A stretch of 64,000 bases of DNA from positions 11,616-75,615 of IMG/VR virus record IMGVR_UViG_3300046170_000433. One strand, written 5' to 3'. Both the position numbers and the translations under genes were made by a program. Numbering within the stretch: position 1 is the first letter of the stretch; each line of letters begins with the position of its first letter. Positions 10,301 to 23,500 of this stretch are shown one piece after another. The notes under the pieces are model-generated. The model was not told the origin of the DNA. It made no database searches and saw only the letters and a list, made by a program, of their open reading frames with translations. The stretch comes from a virus.

Positions 10301-13300
10301 CAAACCTTCTGTAGAGCTTGTCCATTCTACCAGTGGCTATGGACTCCCTCTCTACATCTTCATCATATACAGAGATGTCATACTTTCTGTAGAGCCTTTG
10401 GAAGTTCTCATTCTGAATACTCCATTGCTTGAGGTATGCTCTGAGTGCCTTCTTTCCTTCTTCGGTGTAGTTTCGATCAGGATCCTCTGCCTTGAGGTCT
10501 GCCCAAACCTTATTTATAGCTAGCTCCTCTTGACCTTGTAGGTCGGGTCGCTCATTGAACCAATCGAAAAGCTTTGATCCGAAGTTCCTCATGAAGAGAT
10601 TCACATTCTCCCCATTGTCCTTTGCCATCTCTGCATGCAGTCTGACGATAGCGCCGGATACTCTCTTACCTTGACCAAATATTCTACCAGCCTCAGCTTG
10701 GTAGTCTCTAGTATACTCATTGAGTAGTGTTGCAACAGCCTTACCTGCTGGGCCCAGTCTCGACATCCGCTCTTGGAGAGAAGATGCTGCAGCATGAAGG
10801 AATCCAACATTCGACACAGAGTATTGTATGCCAAAGTTAGGCTTACGCATTTCTCTTGCTAGTTGCTTAAAGTATCTATCCTCGGGTGTACCCTCATACT
10901 GCTCCTTGTACTCAGGTGTATCCATGATCTTAAATAGATTGGATGCTTCTGCTGCCATTCTCTTGGCTTCATCAGAGCTTTCACCCTTTCCTAGGGCATA
11001 TGTAAAGTTGTCATCCATGAGCTTGCCATCGGTGAGTCTAAGTGTGGCAAACTTAGCTCCTTCAAATAACTCTACAGGACCAGTAGTCTCAAAGTACTCG
11101 TCAAGGTCGGCAATTCTGTCGTTGTATGCCTCGAGGAACTTCTTGGCTATACTCTCCTCTTCCTTGGCTTTATCCATATCCTTGGAAAGTTCAGCAATCT
11201 CCTCATGAAGCTTACGAACATTCTTGAGAATGGACATCATGGATTTGTCCTTAACATCAGGAGTTGGCTTACCCTCGGAGGCTTGCTTAATAAGATTAAC
11301 TGCCTCTTGTACGGAGTGACCAGCTATCCTTCCTGGGGCGAGTCTCATGCGAGTAGTGAATGCACTACGAGGTACATCATTCTTTTGATCCTTGCCTAGC
11401 ATGAGTGCGACTGCAACTTGAACAGCCTGATCAAGCTCGGGGTCGGATATACCGACATCCTCTGCCTTGATATCCATCAAGTCGAATATCTCCTTGGCTG
11501 TCTTCTGTTCTATAAAATCCTTGGGGTCTTGTGCCTCAGCCAAACGATCCATAAGGTCGTACAGCTTCTTCTCATCTATCTCTAATTCCCTTAGCTTACT
11601 GAAAGATGTAGGTGATAATCCTGTGGCTGCTTCAAATGCATTCACTAAGGAGTACTCCCCTGTTGTCTCAGACTTATTATATAGTGTGCTTTTTAGATAC
11701 CTACCAAAGAGTGCTTGGGTCTTACCAGCATCGAACATGCTCTTGGGCTTAGTAAGAGCTTCCATGCGGTTCTGCTTCTCTATGACCTTGTAGCCGATAC
11801 TCTCCTTGGATGTTTTGGCTTCTCGGAATAAGTTACTGACATTCTCTCTAGCTCCTGCGAGTATTTTCATTAAGTTCCTTCCACCCGTGTCCTTGTTGGC
11901 TCGGGTTTCTAGGTCGTTAATGTCTCTTACTGAGTCTATGTCTATGTTGGGGTTGGTTGCCTCAGCGAACTGGGTGGATGCCTCCTCGGCTAGTAGCTTG
12001 GTCTTTTTGCCAATCACCTTGGCAATCACATCAGGAGTGGTTGAGCCATCAATGGTCATGAACTCCTTGAGTCTCTCAGGCTCTATATTCGCATCACCAA
12101 GATCAGCCAGTACAGCCTTTTGAATCTTACTGAAGTCTTTCAAAGAAGCAGTATGCGCGCGTAACGTGCCACGTGCTACACTCTGTTCAATGGTGTCAGC
12201 AGACTCCATTTGTAACCCATTATCCTGGGTTACAATACTATTATTAGCAGTCTCTATCCCTACCCTAAAGTGTACCTCGCCATCAAACTCATCATCTAGC
12301 TCGAGGTTTTCTTCCTTTACTCTCAATTCTATGATGTTTTCACCGTAACCCTCTGCCTGTCCATCCATGCTCGAGGAAACGAATATCTCATCAGTATTCT
12401 CTTTGGTTACAAAACCATCTTCGGCAACCTTCTCAGGATCTGCATCAGTTCTATGGTAAACGGTAATTGTACCATCTGCATTCTTGGGTATCGGGTTGCC
12501 CTTGCGGTCAGTAAAGCTTGAGTCTCCAGCAATCTCATCGTTGGACTCGAAAGCTCCTCTCATTAAATCTACATCATTGGCTGCAAGCTTGTCAGATGTA
12601 CGCAATAGCGTACGGTAGCGCTTACGAATCTCATCTGATGCAGTCCTCTGAGGAGTAAAGTCAGTATCAAATATCTTACTAGCCAAGTCTAACACCCAAT
12701 CAATTACTCTCTCGAACCTAGACTTAAACTTCCTTGCAAGCTTGGGAGGTAGTGGGCGATTAAGGAACTTCCTAAACTTAGGATTGGTAGCAAAGTTTGC
12801 CCAGAACTCATGCATGTTCATCAAGCCATGGTAATGCACTCCATCGGTCTGAGTCCTAAGCCAATCCATAAGCTCCTTAGTCTCATCATAGAACTGGATG
12901 GCTTGCTTCATTGATAAAACCTTCGATGCACCTCGAGGCATCTTGCCCTTACGCTTGGCTTGTATGCTTGCCTCTACTGCTGTAGCAAAAACCCTGTGGG
13001 CAACCTCCTCAAGGAATGCAACTCTTACTGCATCTTCTGCATTAAGGTCGGTATCACTAACCTTAAAGAATGGCCCCATAACAATAGTATCACCACGGAT
13101 ATAGGCTCTTGTAAGCTTACCATTACTACCATCATTCTGTATACCATCCTTGAAGTTGTCCCATGATCTAAACTGAACCTTTAAGTTCTTAACAAAAGGA
13201 TGTGCAAGTAAAGTCTGTGCCATATCAAGGAGTGACCCACTTAAGGCATCTGAGCCATCAAGTCTTAAAAGCTCCTTGTTCAATAAGGCAGTAAGTCGCA

Positions 13301-16300
13301 CTGGCTTACCATCCACCTCCAAGCCATCGGAGAACTTAGCTACTGCTTCTGCATTCTCTTGCTGTAACTCCTCAGAGATTGGTGGGCTTATTATCTTCTT
13401 CTTCGGCTCATCAATATGTCTCTGTATTTCACGCTCCAAAGATGCTTCGGTTTTTGCTATCTGACCAACCGACTCCATCTTATTTTGGTATGGCTCAAAG
13501 TATACGTTCAGAGTGGTCTGAAGAGTTGCTACATCTATAGCACCCGTAAGATACATTTTGGCATAATGCTGAACTAAGTTGAAGTCCTCATCCTCCATAT
13601 TGAGTTCACGTGCCATATCGAGGACATTTTCATATATCCCCTTGTCACCATCTGGGGCAACTTCCTCTACTTCCTCTTCTTCGTCTTCCTCAACTTCCTC
13701 TTCTACTTCCTCTTCAGTCTCCTCTTCTTGCTCCTCCTCAACTTCTTCCTCACTCTCCTCTTCTTGCTCAGGTGACTCCTCTTCCTCCTTCTCCTCTAGC
13801 TGTGCTGCCGGATCAAGTGTATCATCAGAAAGTTCTGCAACTTCATTCTCGGAGACTGCACCTGCCAGCACATCACTACCTGTACCCTTTTCTTGCTTCT
13901 GTACCTTTCCTCCCTTGTTTTCGTATGTTCTGACTGCTTTCTTGATAGCACTAAACTCGCCTTCACTAAGGACATCAAAGCCAGACACATATTCTTTAGT
14001 GCCTTGTTTGCCCTCAGCAATGTGATTAGTGAAATCAATAAGGTCTACAATTCTTACATTCTTTGTAGTGCCTAGCTTTTTACCTAGAGTAGACTTCTCT
14101 TCGTCAGCTATATCCTTTGCTCTTTCGAGTATCTTCTTCTGCAAAGAGTCTATAATCTTACTATTTAAATTGGGTGCATATACCTCAAGGAGTGGGTTGA
14201 ACTTATCACCCTCCATCGCAAGCTCATAGATTCTATTTGCTCTGTCATCTCTACCTACATTCTCCTTAAGGTAGTTCTGTACTTCGGCTGTCTCCATACT
14301 ACGAATAAACTCGTAGTCGGTGAAGCCCTCCATGGCATTATTGTACTCCTCTTCTGACTCAAAGTCTGCTGCAACTTGTGCCTCCTGATTAAAGGTAAGA
14401 ACATCTACTAGTTCTAGTCTGCCTCCGTCTGTATCATCTTCAAATGAATCTATTTCATTAATGTCAAAGTCACCTGTCTTATTCGCTAGTGGTCGTATTC
14501 GGATCGAGTAGCTTGCCGTCTTACCTGCTACTCGTCTTCCCATAGCCTTGATCACCTTAGAGTCCTTCTTGCCTCTGATCGTTCTCACAAGGTAAGCAGG
14601 CTCACCCTCTTGATCCTTCTTGAAATACCTTAACACTACTGCCTTCTTGGAGGTACTACTACCCTGCTTGTCACCCATATCAATTGCATTGAGATAGTTG
14701 ATGGCATCTCTTCCCTTCAAGGGATTAGGTAAACCCGTCTTCTCAACTGATGGGTAGATACGATTCGCACTATTTTCCTGCCCACGCTTATAAAAGCTCA
14801 TCTCGTTATTGGCAGTAGCTTTCTCTTCCTCTAAGTCTAACTTCTCCTCGGTACTGAGCTTACGTGTACCGCCCTTATTTTTACCAAATTCCCCCTGTTG
14901 ACTTAACTTTGACTTGGTGGTTTTGACCCAATCCTTTATTTCAATCTCGGAGTCAAAGGCATAATATACTTGGTTAGCCTCGTCATCCCTTGTCGTAAAG
15001 CCCACCACTTGACCGCTAGCAGTAACATCAGGCGTTACCTTAAATTTCCCTATTCGAGCCTGTCCAACCTCATATGTGTCACCCTTTTGGTAGATAGCCT
15101 CACCAAGCTTTACTCGCTTTTCTTTTGGGTCTTTAACCTGCCTGTCTTCTAAAACAAGCATCCCAATCTCTGCTTTAAGATTATCGTCTTTTACATTCAG
15201 TTCCTTATCACCAATAGCATAGGTCTTGCCATCATGGCTTACACCAAGAACCTTACCCTTCTCATCGATTTTAAGCTCAACTCCAGAAGCTCTACCCTTT
15301 TTGACACCACCAGTATCCTTCCCTGTGACATAGACTTTGGTGGTTATACCATTCTGATTCTCAATGGCTGAGACACCTTCGATAGTTCTACCTCTTCTAG
15401 CATCTACCTTGATGATCGCTGATGCAGATACTGAGTTATCTCCAGTCTTCTCTGTCTTGATGGTACTAGTCTCTTCATCAATGGCAGTAATTTTAACTAG
15501 CTCATCACTATCTTTTAGTTTTACAAACTGCCCTACCCTCGGCTCATGAGTCTTGAAGTTCTGAGCAGCGCTTTGTTGCCTTGCTAGCTCGATAGCCTTC
15601 TTCTCTTCCTCCTCTAGTGCTAGGTCGAAAGGTGTTGGCTTCTTCCACTCATTATCCATCAAGTGGTGCTTTACAAACTCGGCTGTCGCAGCATCTGCTA
15701 ACGCAGCTACATCCTGGGACTTATTGAGTCCATCAATCTCCTCGGCATAAAGCTCGGCATGAACTCTAGCTTGCCCCTTGATAAACTTCTCATTGATTCC
15801 ACTCTGTGGATTATTATCAATAAAGCTTTGAATGTCTCCCTCTAGCTCAGAGAAAACCTTGTAAGCAAGAATACCACCTAGAGTCTCGTTGTTCTTATCT
15901 TAGCACTATTAGACTTCTTGGTAGTAATAGATAGCTTTCTAAGATTGCCACCTTTGTCTAGCTCAACAAGACCCTCGTCCTCCATCTTAAGGGCAAGTGT
16001 TACTAAAGTATCATCCGTAACACTCTTTGTTGCATCGGGAAGGGAGTTACGTAATCGGATCGCTGTATCGTAAGCATTGTACAGCTGGCTCATATCCATA
16101 GCCATAATATCATTATCCGAGAATGGCATCTCCATATTGCCATCCATGTTAAGAATTAGCTCCTCTGCCTTAGCCTTTCTCTTAGCCTGTCTGTATAGCA
16201 AATCTACTGACTCTTGCTTCCGTTGGTCAGTTGGAGCATCTAAGTTCTGATTCTCTACGGTTAAGACTCCATCCTCTACCTTGTAAGTTGCAGAGTAAAC

Positions 16301-17875
16301 TCTCTCCCTACTAGATACATCAGATACTATTAATTGATTACCTTTGGAGCTTACCTCTAGGTTAGTTTGAGCAGTCTGTATTACATCATCATCCTTCTCC
16401 TCTTCCCGACCTTCTTGCTCCTTCTCTATCTGCTTTACTAGCTGAGGCTTCAGAGTCTTAAGTTCTTCCAATTTTTCATCGGTGAAGTTCTTTAAGTCCT
16501 CAGGCTTTATGATCTTATCCTTGCTGTCTACAATACTTAACTCACTAGACTTTAGCCTTTCAGTTGCTCCATTGTTATACTCAACTAATACGGTACGCTC
16601 TTCCTCTTCTACCTCAAGTACTCTAGCTAGTCTGTTTGATCCTATTGGTGTTACTACCGTGCCTACACCTTGTTCTGCTATAGCATTAAATCTTTTCTCC
16701 TCGAAACGATTCCTAATCTCTACTCTCTCATCTGAGGTTTCTAGTGGCTCTGACTCAGTATCCTCCTCCAAATCTGACTGAGCTGTATCTTGGGGTCTAA
16801 GTAACCTAGATACACCACCCGTAGCAGCCGTAACTGTACCACCACCAATAGCACCGAGAAGACCACCATTGATCATTCTCTCCCAGTCTTTCTCATTCCA
16901 CTCTTCTTTGGTATGATACTTGACGGTCGCCATCTGCACGACTTCCTGCATTGCCTCAGTTATACCCTCACCACCTGCACCCTGTGCAAGAAACACCATA
17001 CCCTCGGGTAGCGATTTAAATAACTTACCCACCTCTCTTTCAGCTGCATCTTTCCCAATGGACTTACTTAACTTGCCTACCAAGAAGACTGGTATTGCAG
17101 AGTCAAGTGCGCCGGAAGCACCACCTGCGAACATGGATAATGCTCTGGCCTCGCCAGGAGAAAGATACATTTCATCACTAGGATCGAGTCTAGTATATTC
17201 ATAAAGGTCACCATAAACATGACCCGTATTCTCTAATGCAGAACTACCGAATGCCCCTGCCCCCATTCCTGCCTTAGCCCCATAATTATCACCAAGATAC
17301 TTCTTGGCTTTGGACTTAAGCTCAGAAAGCTTATCGGTCTTTTCTAACCCCTTCTGTATCTTTTTACCAATACCTCTACCAACCACGGATGACACCATTG
17401 ATGGCACTATATCGACTACAGACCTTGAAGCTCCTTGAGCAAAATATTTTAGGAAGTCACTGAAGTCATCGATCATTGTGTAATTATCGAATACTTCCTT
17501 CCCATACTCACTAACTTGCCGAGCATCTCTCTGTGCTGAACGCATTAAATCACGCTCAGTCTCATCCATGCCAATAGCACCTAATGCAGATGCCAAGCCT
17601 TGTTTAAGACCTTGCTTCTTGGTGTAGTACTGCTGTGCTATAGCATCTGTTGCTCCACCGAAGAATGTCTTCTGTTCCCCATATGCTTTCTTTATTAAAG
17701 GAACAAACTCGTAGTCATCACGCTCAGAAGCAAACTGCTCAATATTTATGTTTCGCTCCTCAAGTCTAGACTTTAGCTCTAAAGCTAAGTCTTCATCCGT
17801 GGCATTATCTGCCCGTTGCGAAAAACCTTTTTTCCTTAAAAAGTCTCGATAATCAGATATAGCTACACTTGCCAT
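7320..17875 (-). CDS. giant (~3500 aa) internal-virion/polyvalent protein; one frameshift near 15900 joins ORFs 15878-17875 and 7320-15662
   Basis: Frame of the 2780-aa ORF is open upstream to ~15900 (DKNNETLGGILAY...); contains zincin-like EEVAH/HEFWAN and ART-like VYHRT modules and a Glu-rich tract. Confidence 0.75.
8690..8713. promoter_or_regulatory. intragenic 24-bp palindrome
   Basis: CGTAACCCA-AATCAC-TAGGTTTCA. Confidence 0.5.
12211..12234. promoter_or_regulatory. intragenic perfect 24-bp palindrome preceding in-frame ATG 12209
   Basis: TGTAACCCA-TTATCC-TGGGTTACA. Confidence 0.75.
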
Positions 17876-17883
17876 AGGTATAT

Positions 17884-17907
17884 TGTAACCTAGATAAATA
17901 GGTTGTA
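17884..17907. promoter_or_regulatory. 24-bp palindrome upstream of the giant protein gene
   Basis: TGTAACCTA-GATAAA-TAGGTTGTA; ATG at 17875. Confidence 0.75.
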
Positions 17908-17926
17908 AAGATTATCAGTTTTTTTC

Positions 17927-18571
17927 TCAGTTTCTTATGCCCTGCACAAGATTTTGGTAAGATGTAGTCTTTGGCATGGGCTTAATTGCTGTTGCTTTAC
18001 CAAGTGCAGACCTACGTGCCTCGAGATTATCCTTTATGTTCTGAGGCTCATTAACACCGAATCTTTTCCCTACACCCTCAGCTGCACCCTTTATCCCATT
18101 ATCCTGAAAACCACGTACTGCATCAGGACCAGCTATACCTGCTAATACACTCGCCCCTGTTTTAACTGGCAACGGCCCAGGGGTTGCTTTGAAAGCAGCT
18201 GCAGCTGCACTCATGCTAGATAAGGTATCTTGAGTTAAATCTTTATTTACCTCGGTCTGTGCATCAGAGGCATACTCCTCTTGAGTTTTCATGTTACTCT
18301 TAATCTGAATAATTGAGTCCTTTTCTTGCTCAGCAACACCCTCATAAAGTGCAATCATTTCATCAACATATTTATCATCAATGACATCATTCTCTCTGAC
18401 TACTGACACGACATTACTTAAAGGCTCTGTACTATTACTATCTTCCATTGGTTCTGAGAATGCTTGCTCTAGCCCCATAGTTGGCTCTGGCTCCTGGGAA
18501 AATGCTTGCTCTAGTCCCATGGTCTGCTCGGACTCTATTGGTTCTGAGAAAAAATCTTCTAACTGGCTCAT
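17927..18571 (-). CDS. probable internal virion protein with N-terminal TMGLEQAFS repeats
   Basis: 214 aa; duplicated ~39-bp unit at ~18450-18560. Confidence 0.65.
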   Translation of the reverse strand: MSQLEDFFSEPIESEQTMGLEQAFSQEPEPTMGLEQAFSEPMEDSNSTEPLSNVVSVVRENDVIDDKYVDEMIALYEGVAEQEKDSIIQIKSNMKTQEEYASDAQTEVNKDLTQDTLSSMSAAAAAFKATPGPLPVKTGASVLAGIAGPDAVRGFQDNGIKGAAEGVGKRFGVNEPQNIKDNLEARRSALGKATAIKPMPKTTSYQNLVQGIRN

Positions 18572-20591
18572 GGCTTAATCGTCTGCGGTATAGGAGCAAG
18601 GTCACCATCTTCTTCCATGCGATCCATTGCACCCTGAATTTCTTGCGATGTGGCATTCGATTCGTCTAATCCTTCAATTCCGCGAGCAGTTGGTGCAGAG
18701 GATGCATCTATTCCCCCACTCTTTAAATCTTTCAATTCTACAACAGCCTCTTTAGCTTGTTGCATTCTTGCCTGCTTATATTCCAGTACAGCTTTTTGTG
18801 CTTCGGCTAGTTCTTTAGCTGCCTCCACAACCTCAGGGTCCTGCTTGATCCAGCCTAACTCCTGCCCAAGTGCCTTACCCAGAACAATAGCCTCATAAAC
18901 TGCTGTTGCAAGTCCTGCACGAGCAGCAAGTTTTTTAGTACCCTTTGTTGCAAGCTTCTTTTTGACCCTTTGAGAAAAGCTGTCAGTCTTCACCTTTAGC
19001 TCTGAATCCATATGGTTAGCTAGCTTCTGCTCGTACTCATATCGATTTCTTAAATCCTTCCTTGGATCACCAGACTCAGTAGGCATAGGCTCACTAAAAG
19101 GCTTCATATTATTATTACTTAAGAATGTATTTATATCCTTAGCTTGGGTAAAGTAGCCTTGCGTTTTTATTCTATCATTAATTCTTTTCAGGGAAGCCTC
19201 TTTTTTCTTAACCTTTAATTCATTCTTCGCTCTGCGGTCATCTACTATATTTTTAGCAGTCATAGCAGATGGAACAGCTACAGATGCAATGGTAGCTGCA
19301 ATCGCCTCCATCTAAATCTAATTCACCTAAGCCATCTGTAACAAATGTTGCGGCAATCACTTATTGCCTCTGCTGTATCTAAAGTTGGCGAATAGAAAGA
19401 ATCATCTTTAGCCTCCTCTAGGGCTATGCGCTTTCTATCTACATTTTTCTCTAGATCACCCTCTTCCTTTTTCTTAAGAGCAAACTCATCAAATTCCTTT
19501 TCGCTTGCTGTCTCTCCACCCTCAGTCCTTGCCTTTAGCTACACTAGATTCATCTGCACCTTCTTCCTCTAGACCAGAACGCGAGTAACCATCTAGTACA
19601 TTTGGGTCATCAGTAAGCTCAACGAGCCTACTTTTGAAGGCTTCTTTAATAATTGAAATGCCCTCTTTACTCGACTGCTTACTCGATATCTTTAGTGACA
19701 TCTGGTCATATTCACTTATTAAATCATTAAGTTGCTTCTGTTGCTCACTATGATCTGTAAGCCTTGCCTGTAGCTTTCCCTGAATACCGCCAAAAGCTTG
19801 GTCTTTAGAACGACCTTGCTCAATAAGCTTACTAGTAAGAAGTTTCTTTTTGCTGTTCATTGAGAGTAGGCACATCTTTCCATGAAGCACCTTCTCTCCC
19901 TGTAATCCCCTCCATAAGGTTTTCAACAAATTCTATGTCATCATCTTCTGCTTCACCTGAATTCATTATTTGATCAACATCTACAATGACCCCCTGCATT
20001 CAATTGCTCTTTATTAGTTAGTCTCTGTCTAGCAAATTCCTGACGAGCTAGCGTAATATTCTTACGCACCTCTTCTAAATTACCACTACCCGCCTCCACA
20101 TCAAGTATAGCTGCAAACCCCTTCTTGAGGGTCATTATTTCCGACTCCTTCTGTTCCTGTCTTTGACGTCTTTTTTCTTTAAAGAAAAGTTGATTCTTCT
20201 TTGCAGCAGCTTCTCTCTCAGGCGCCCCTCTATCCCATTCGATTTTATCTACTGCATCTTCCCTCCGATATCTCTCCTCACGATCTGCTAAAACCTCAAG
20301 CCTCTTGCGGTCTTCATCATCTATTTCTCGGTTACGATCACGGACATCATCACGAAGTTCTTGTCTACGAATACGCTTCTGATCCTCGAGATACTCTCTT
20401 CTGTCCCTCATATCATCCTGCTTGGCAAACATGCGATCATACACACGACCTGCTTGAGGATTTATTACTCCACGACTTGGAGTTGTTGGTGCAGGACCAG
20501 CTGTTGGCGCACCAGCCATAGGTACGCTTGGACGGATAGCTTGACCAGCCATCCCAGGATCCATGTTAATTGGAAGTATTTGGCTCATCAT
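18568..20591 (-). CDS. probable internal virion (ejection) protein, broken by frameshifts
   Basis: ORF pieces 19974-20591, 19522-19929 and 18568-19311; helical, charged composition typical of podovirus ejection proteins. Confidence 0.55.
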
Positions 20592-20594
20592 AAA

Positions 20595-23500
20595 TTAACT
20601 CCCACGGTCAATCCATTTGAATCTAGATTCACATCTATTGGGCCATCTCCCATCTCCATCTGCTCCACTACCTTCTCCAATAGCATCGCCTGCTGCATTG
20701 ATTTCACTCTCAGGTGTGTTGGTCATTCCAAATTGGTTGGAAGGAATAATAGGTAATCCGTCTGCATCAACAAGTCCCATCCTTGTACCTATCTCATATA
20801 TAGCACCAAACTCGCCAAGAAGTGCTTCGTATGCTGCAAACATTTCTGCGCCTACAGAGTTTACGATCTGATTATAGAATGCCGGAATATTCTTAAGGTT
20901 ATTAATCCTATTAACCATAACTTGTTGCTCTGATGTGTATTCTCCATCAAGAGCAATTGACTCGTTACCAGTCTGTTCAGCTAGCACCTGCATGAGACTT
21001 GGGTTTTGTAGAAGCTCCTTGGTTGAATCAACAATAGCTTGATACTTCTCTTCGGCAGTTGTGATTTCCATATTACCCTCATCGACTGCTTGCTCGATGA
21101 GTTGCTCAGCAAGCTTAACTGCTGGCAAAGTCTCCTCTTGGGTTGACCCTACTACATTTGCAACTTCATCAGCTACCGTCAGACGATCATCCTCTCTCTG
21201 CTTCATCTGATCAAGCATACCTGTAGCTGTATCTATCTTTGCCCCCTGCTTTCTCACCTTCCTTGAGAGTTGTATTCTGTAAGGTTCTTTCTGCTTCTCC
21301 TAGTGTTGCTGCATTATCTAAATTTGAGTACTCATTGGCTGCCCTCATCTCAGCCTCTAATCTCATTCTGTCCCCTGTACCTGTAGTAGTTGATTCCCCA
21401 CGACGCATCGCTCCGAGACGATCTGCTCTTAGGGGCATCTGTTACATTTTGATACTGGTTTCTGTTTGCATCGTACTGAGCCTGAGTAAGGCTATTGGAT
21501 GCTGTCTGTATATTATCAAACTTGGTGTCGAAGGTATTCAGATTGTCTCCCTCGACGGTTTCCAACATACCTGTAAGGTTAGAAAATTTATCATCAATCG
21601 CACCAAGCTTCATGTCGGCACTCTTATCAGCATCTGACAGAGTCTCCTTTAGAAGGTCTTGCTCTGCACTTGGTAGGCTAATTGTGTTAACCTAATTGAT
21701 CGCCAACATTAGTAGCTAGACCTGCGTCAACATCTGACTGAGTCGCACTATATGTATCTCCATATATACCCGTGGTTAAGTCAAGTACCAGTCGGTGTTG
21801 TGTTTGCAAGACCTGTCGTTTTTGCAGTATCAAAACCAGTGGTAGTATTGTTCTGAGTGTTATCAAACCTCAGAGCATTATTCTGATTATTATTCTGATT
21901 ATTATTCTGTCTTTGTGATGCCATTATGATCTGTATACGGGTGGTGTTTTTGCAGGTGGAGCTTCCTGTGCTGCTGCCTCCTCAGGCTCAATTATTTCTG
22001 GGTCTACCTTTGTTACAAACGGCTTACCCGTAGCTGGGTTAATACCATTGTCCCTTTGGTACTGAGCATATTCCTCTGAGGTCATTTCTTCGATTGGACT
22101 TATAGTCATAACGGGGCCGTTATAATCGGACTCTGGAGCTAGCTTAATCTTAGTCGTATCGATTGTATAATTATCAGATTCTTCTTGCGGTGCAGTTTTG
22201 CCTAAAGGATTGATGTTCTTGTAAAACTGGTTCTGCTTAAGCTCGTCACTTGGCTGAGGCATATTATCTAAGCCGTCACCTATTCCTGCTACATCAATCT
22301 CCTTCTGAGTGTAAGTATCTCCGAGTCCAGTTACTTTACTTAAGTCCTTAAACTCAAGCTTCGGGTCTAGCTGTTTTTCGAACAGACCACCTTGCTCACG
22401 AATACCATTATCTGCACCTACAACTCCCCCACCAAACCTCGCAAGCCTCACCCTATCCATGGCTCTATCTCTTGCTCGCTCGACTGGATCAAGGTCTTCC
22501 ATGGCATTCCTAAGCTTAGAACTTATATCTAAGTCCCTTTGGGCATCCATTGCCCCTAAGTAATTCTGCTGATCACGCAGAGAACCCTTCATCTCATTAT
22601 AATCCTCCATCATGCCCTGCTGGGAATCCTTATCATCCCCATAGATATAATTCAGAGCATTCATTCCCTCTCTCGCATAAAGACCTAAGCTTTCATCCTC
22701 TTCAGTATTAGGATCGTCTACACCACCAGCAATAATACCCTTTGCACGAAGAGCATCCATCTGCTTATCAACTGCAGCTTGGTACTTACTTTTACCCTCA
22801 TACTCATCAAGTGGATTAAGCAGATCATCTAACTGTTGGTTTATAACCTTCTTACTACCATCAATGAGTCTCTCCTGCTCTTGCATGAAGGTCTGCTTGC
22901 CAGGCATATCTGGTCTAAATGCTCTAGTCTCAAGCTCGCCTGTCTCAGGATTTAAGTACTCAAAGTAGTAACTTAGGTTCTCATCGTAATCTGGGTTACG
23001 AATAATCTGACCAACCTCTTCAGCTAGCCCTGCATCTACATCTGATTGCGTGGCTGCACGACTTGGTTTTGCTGCTCTAATAGCAAGCTTCTCCTCAAGA
23101 GTCATGCGAGGATCGAGCATAGCTGCACCTCGTGCATCGAACATATCGAGGTTAGTAGCAATGTTACCCTTACGGGCATTTACTTCAGCTACCTGCTCAA
23201 CAATGTCATCAACAAGTCCCTCTGCTGCTGCTACATCCTCACGACCTGTAGCCCAATCCATCAAGTCTTTATATACCTCAGTCTTCTTCAAGAAGCCCAT
23301 GATCAGCCCTTGATCCCAGCCCTCATATGAAAGGTCACGAGCTATTTCATTTAACTGCTTTCTTTTTTGAGTTAAGACTTGGTCGGGGTCATAGAATGCA
23401 CCATCATCATCGTAAGAAATTCTTTTAGGTATATTAGTCCCAGGCTCAACTGGGGGCGCACCTTCATTTTCTTCATTAGGCGCACCAGCAGGAAACTCAA

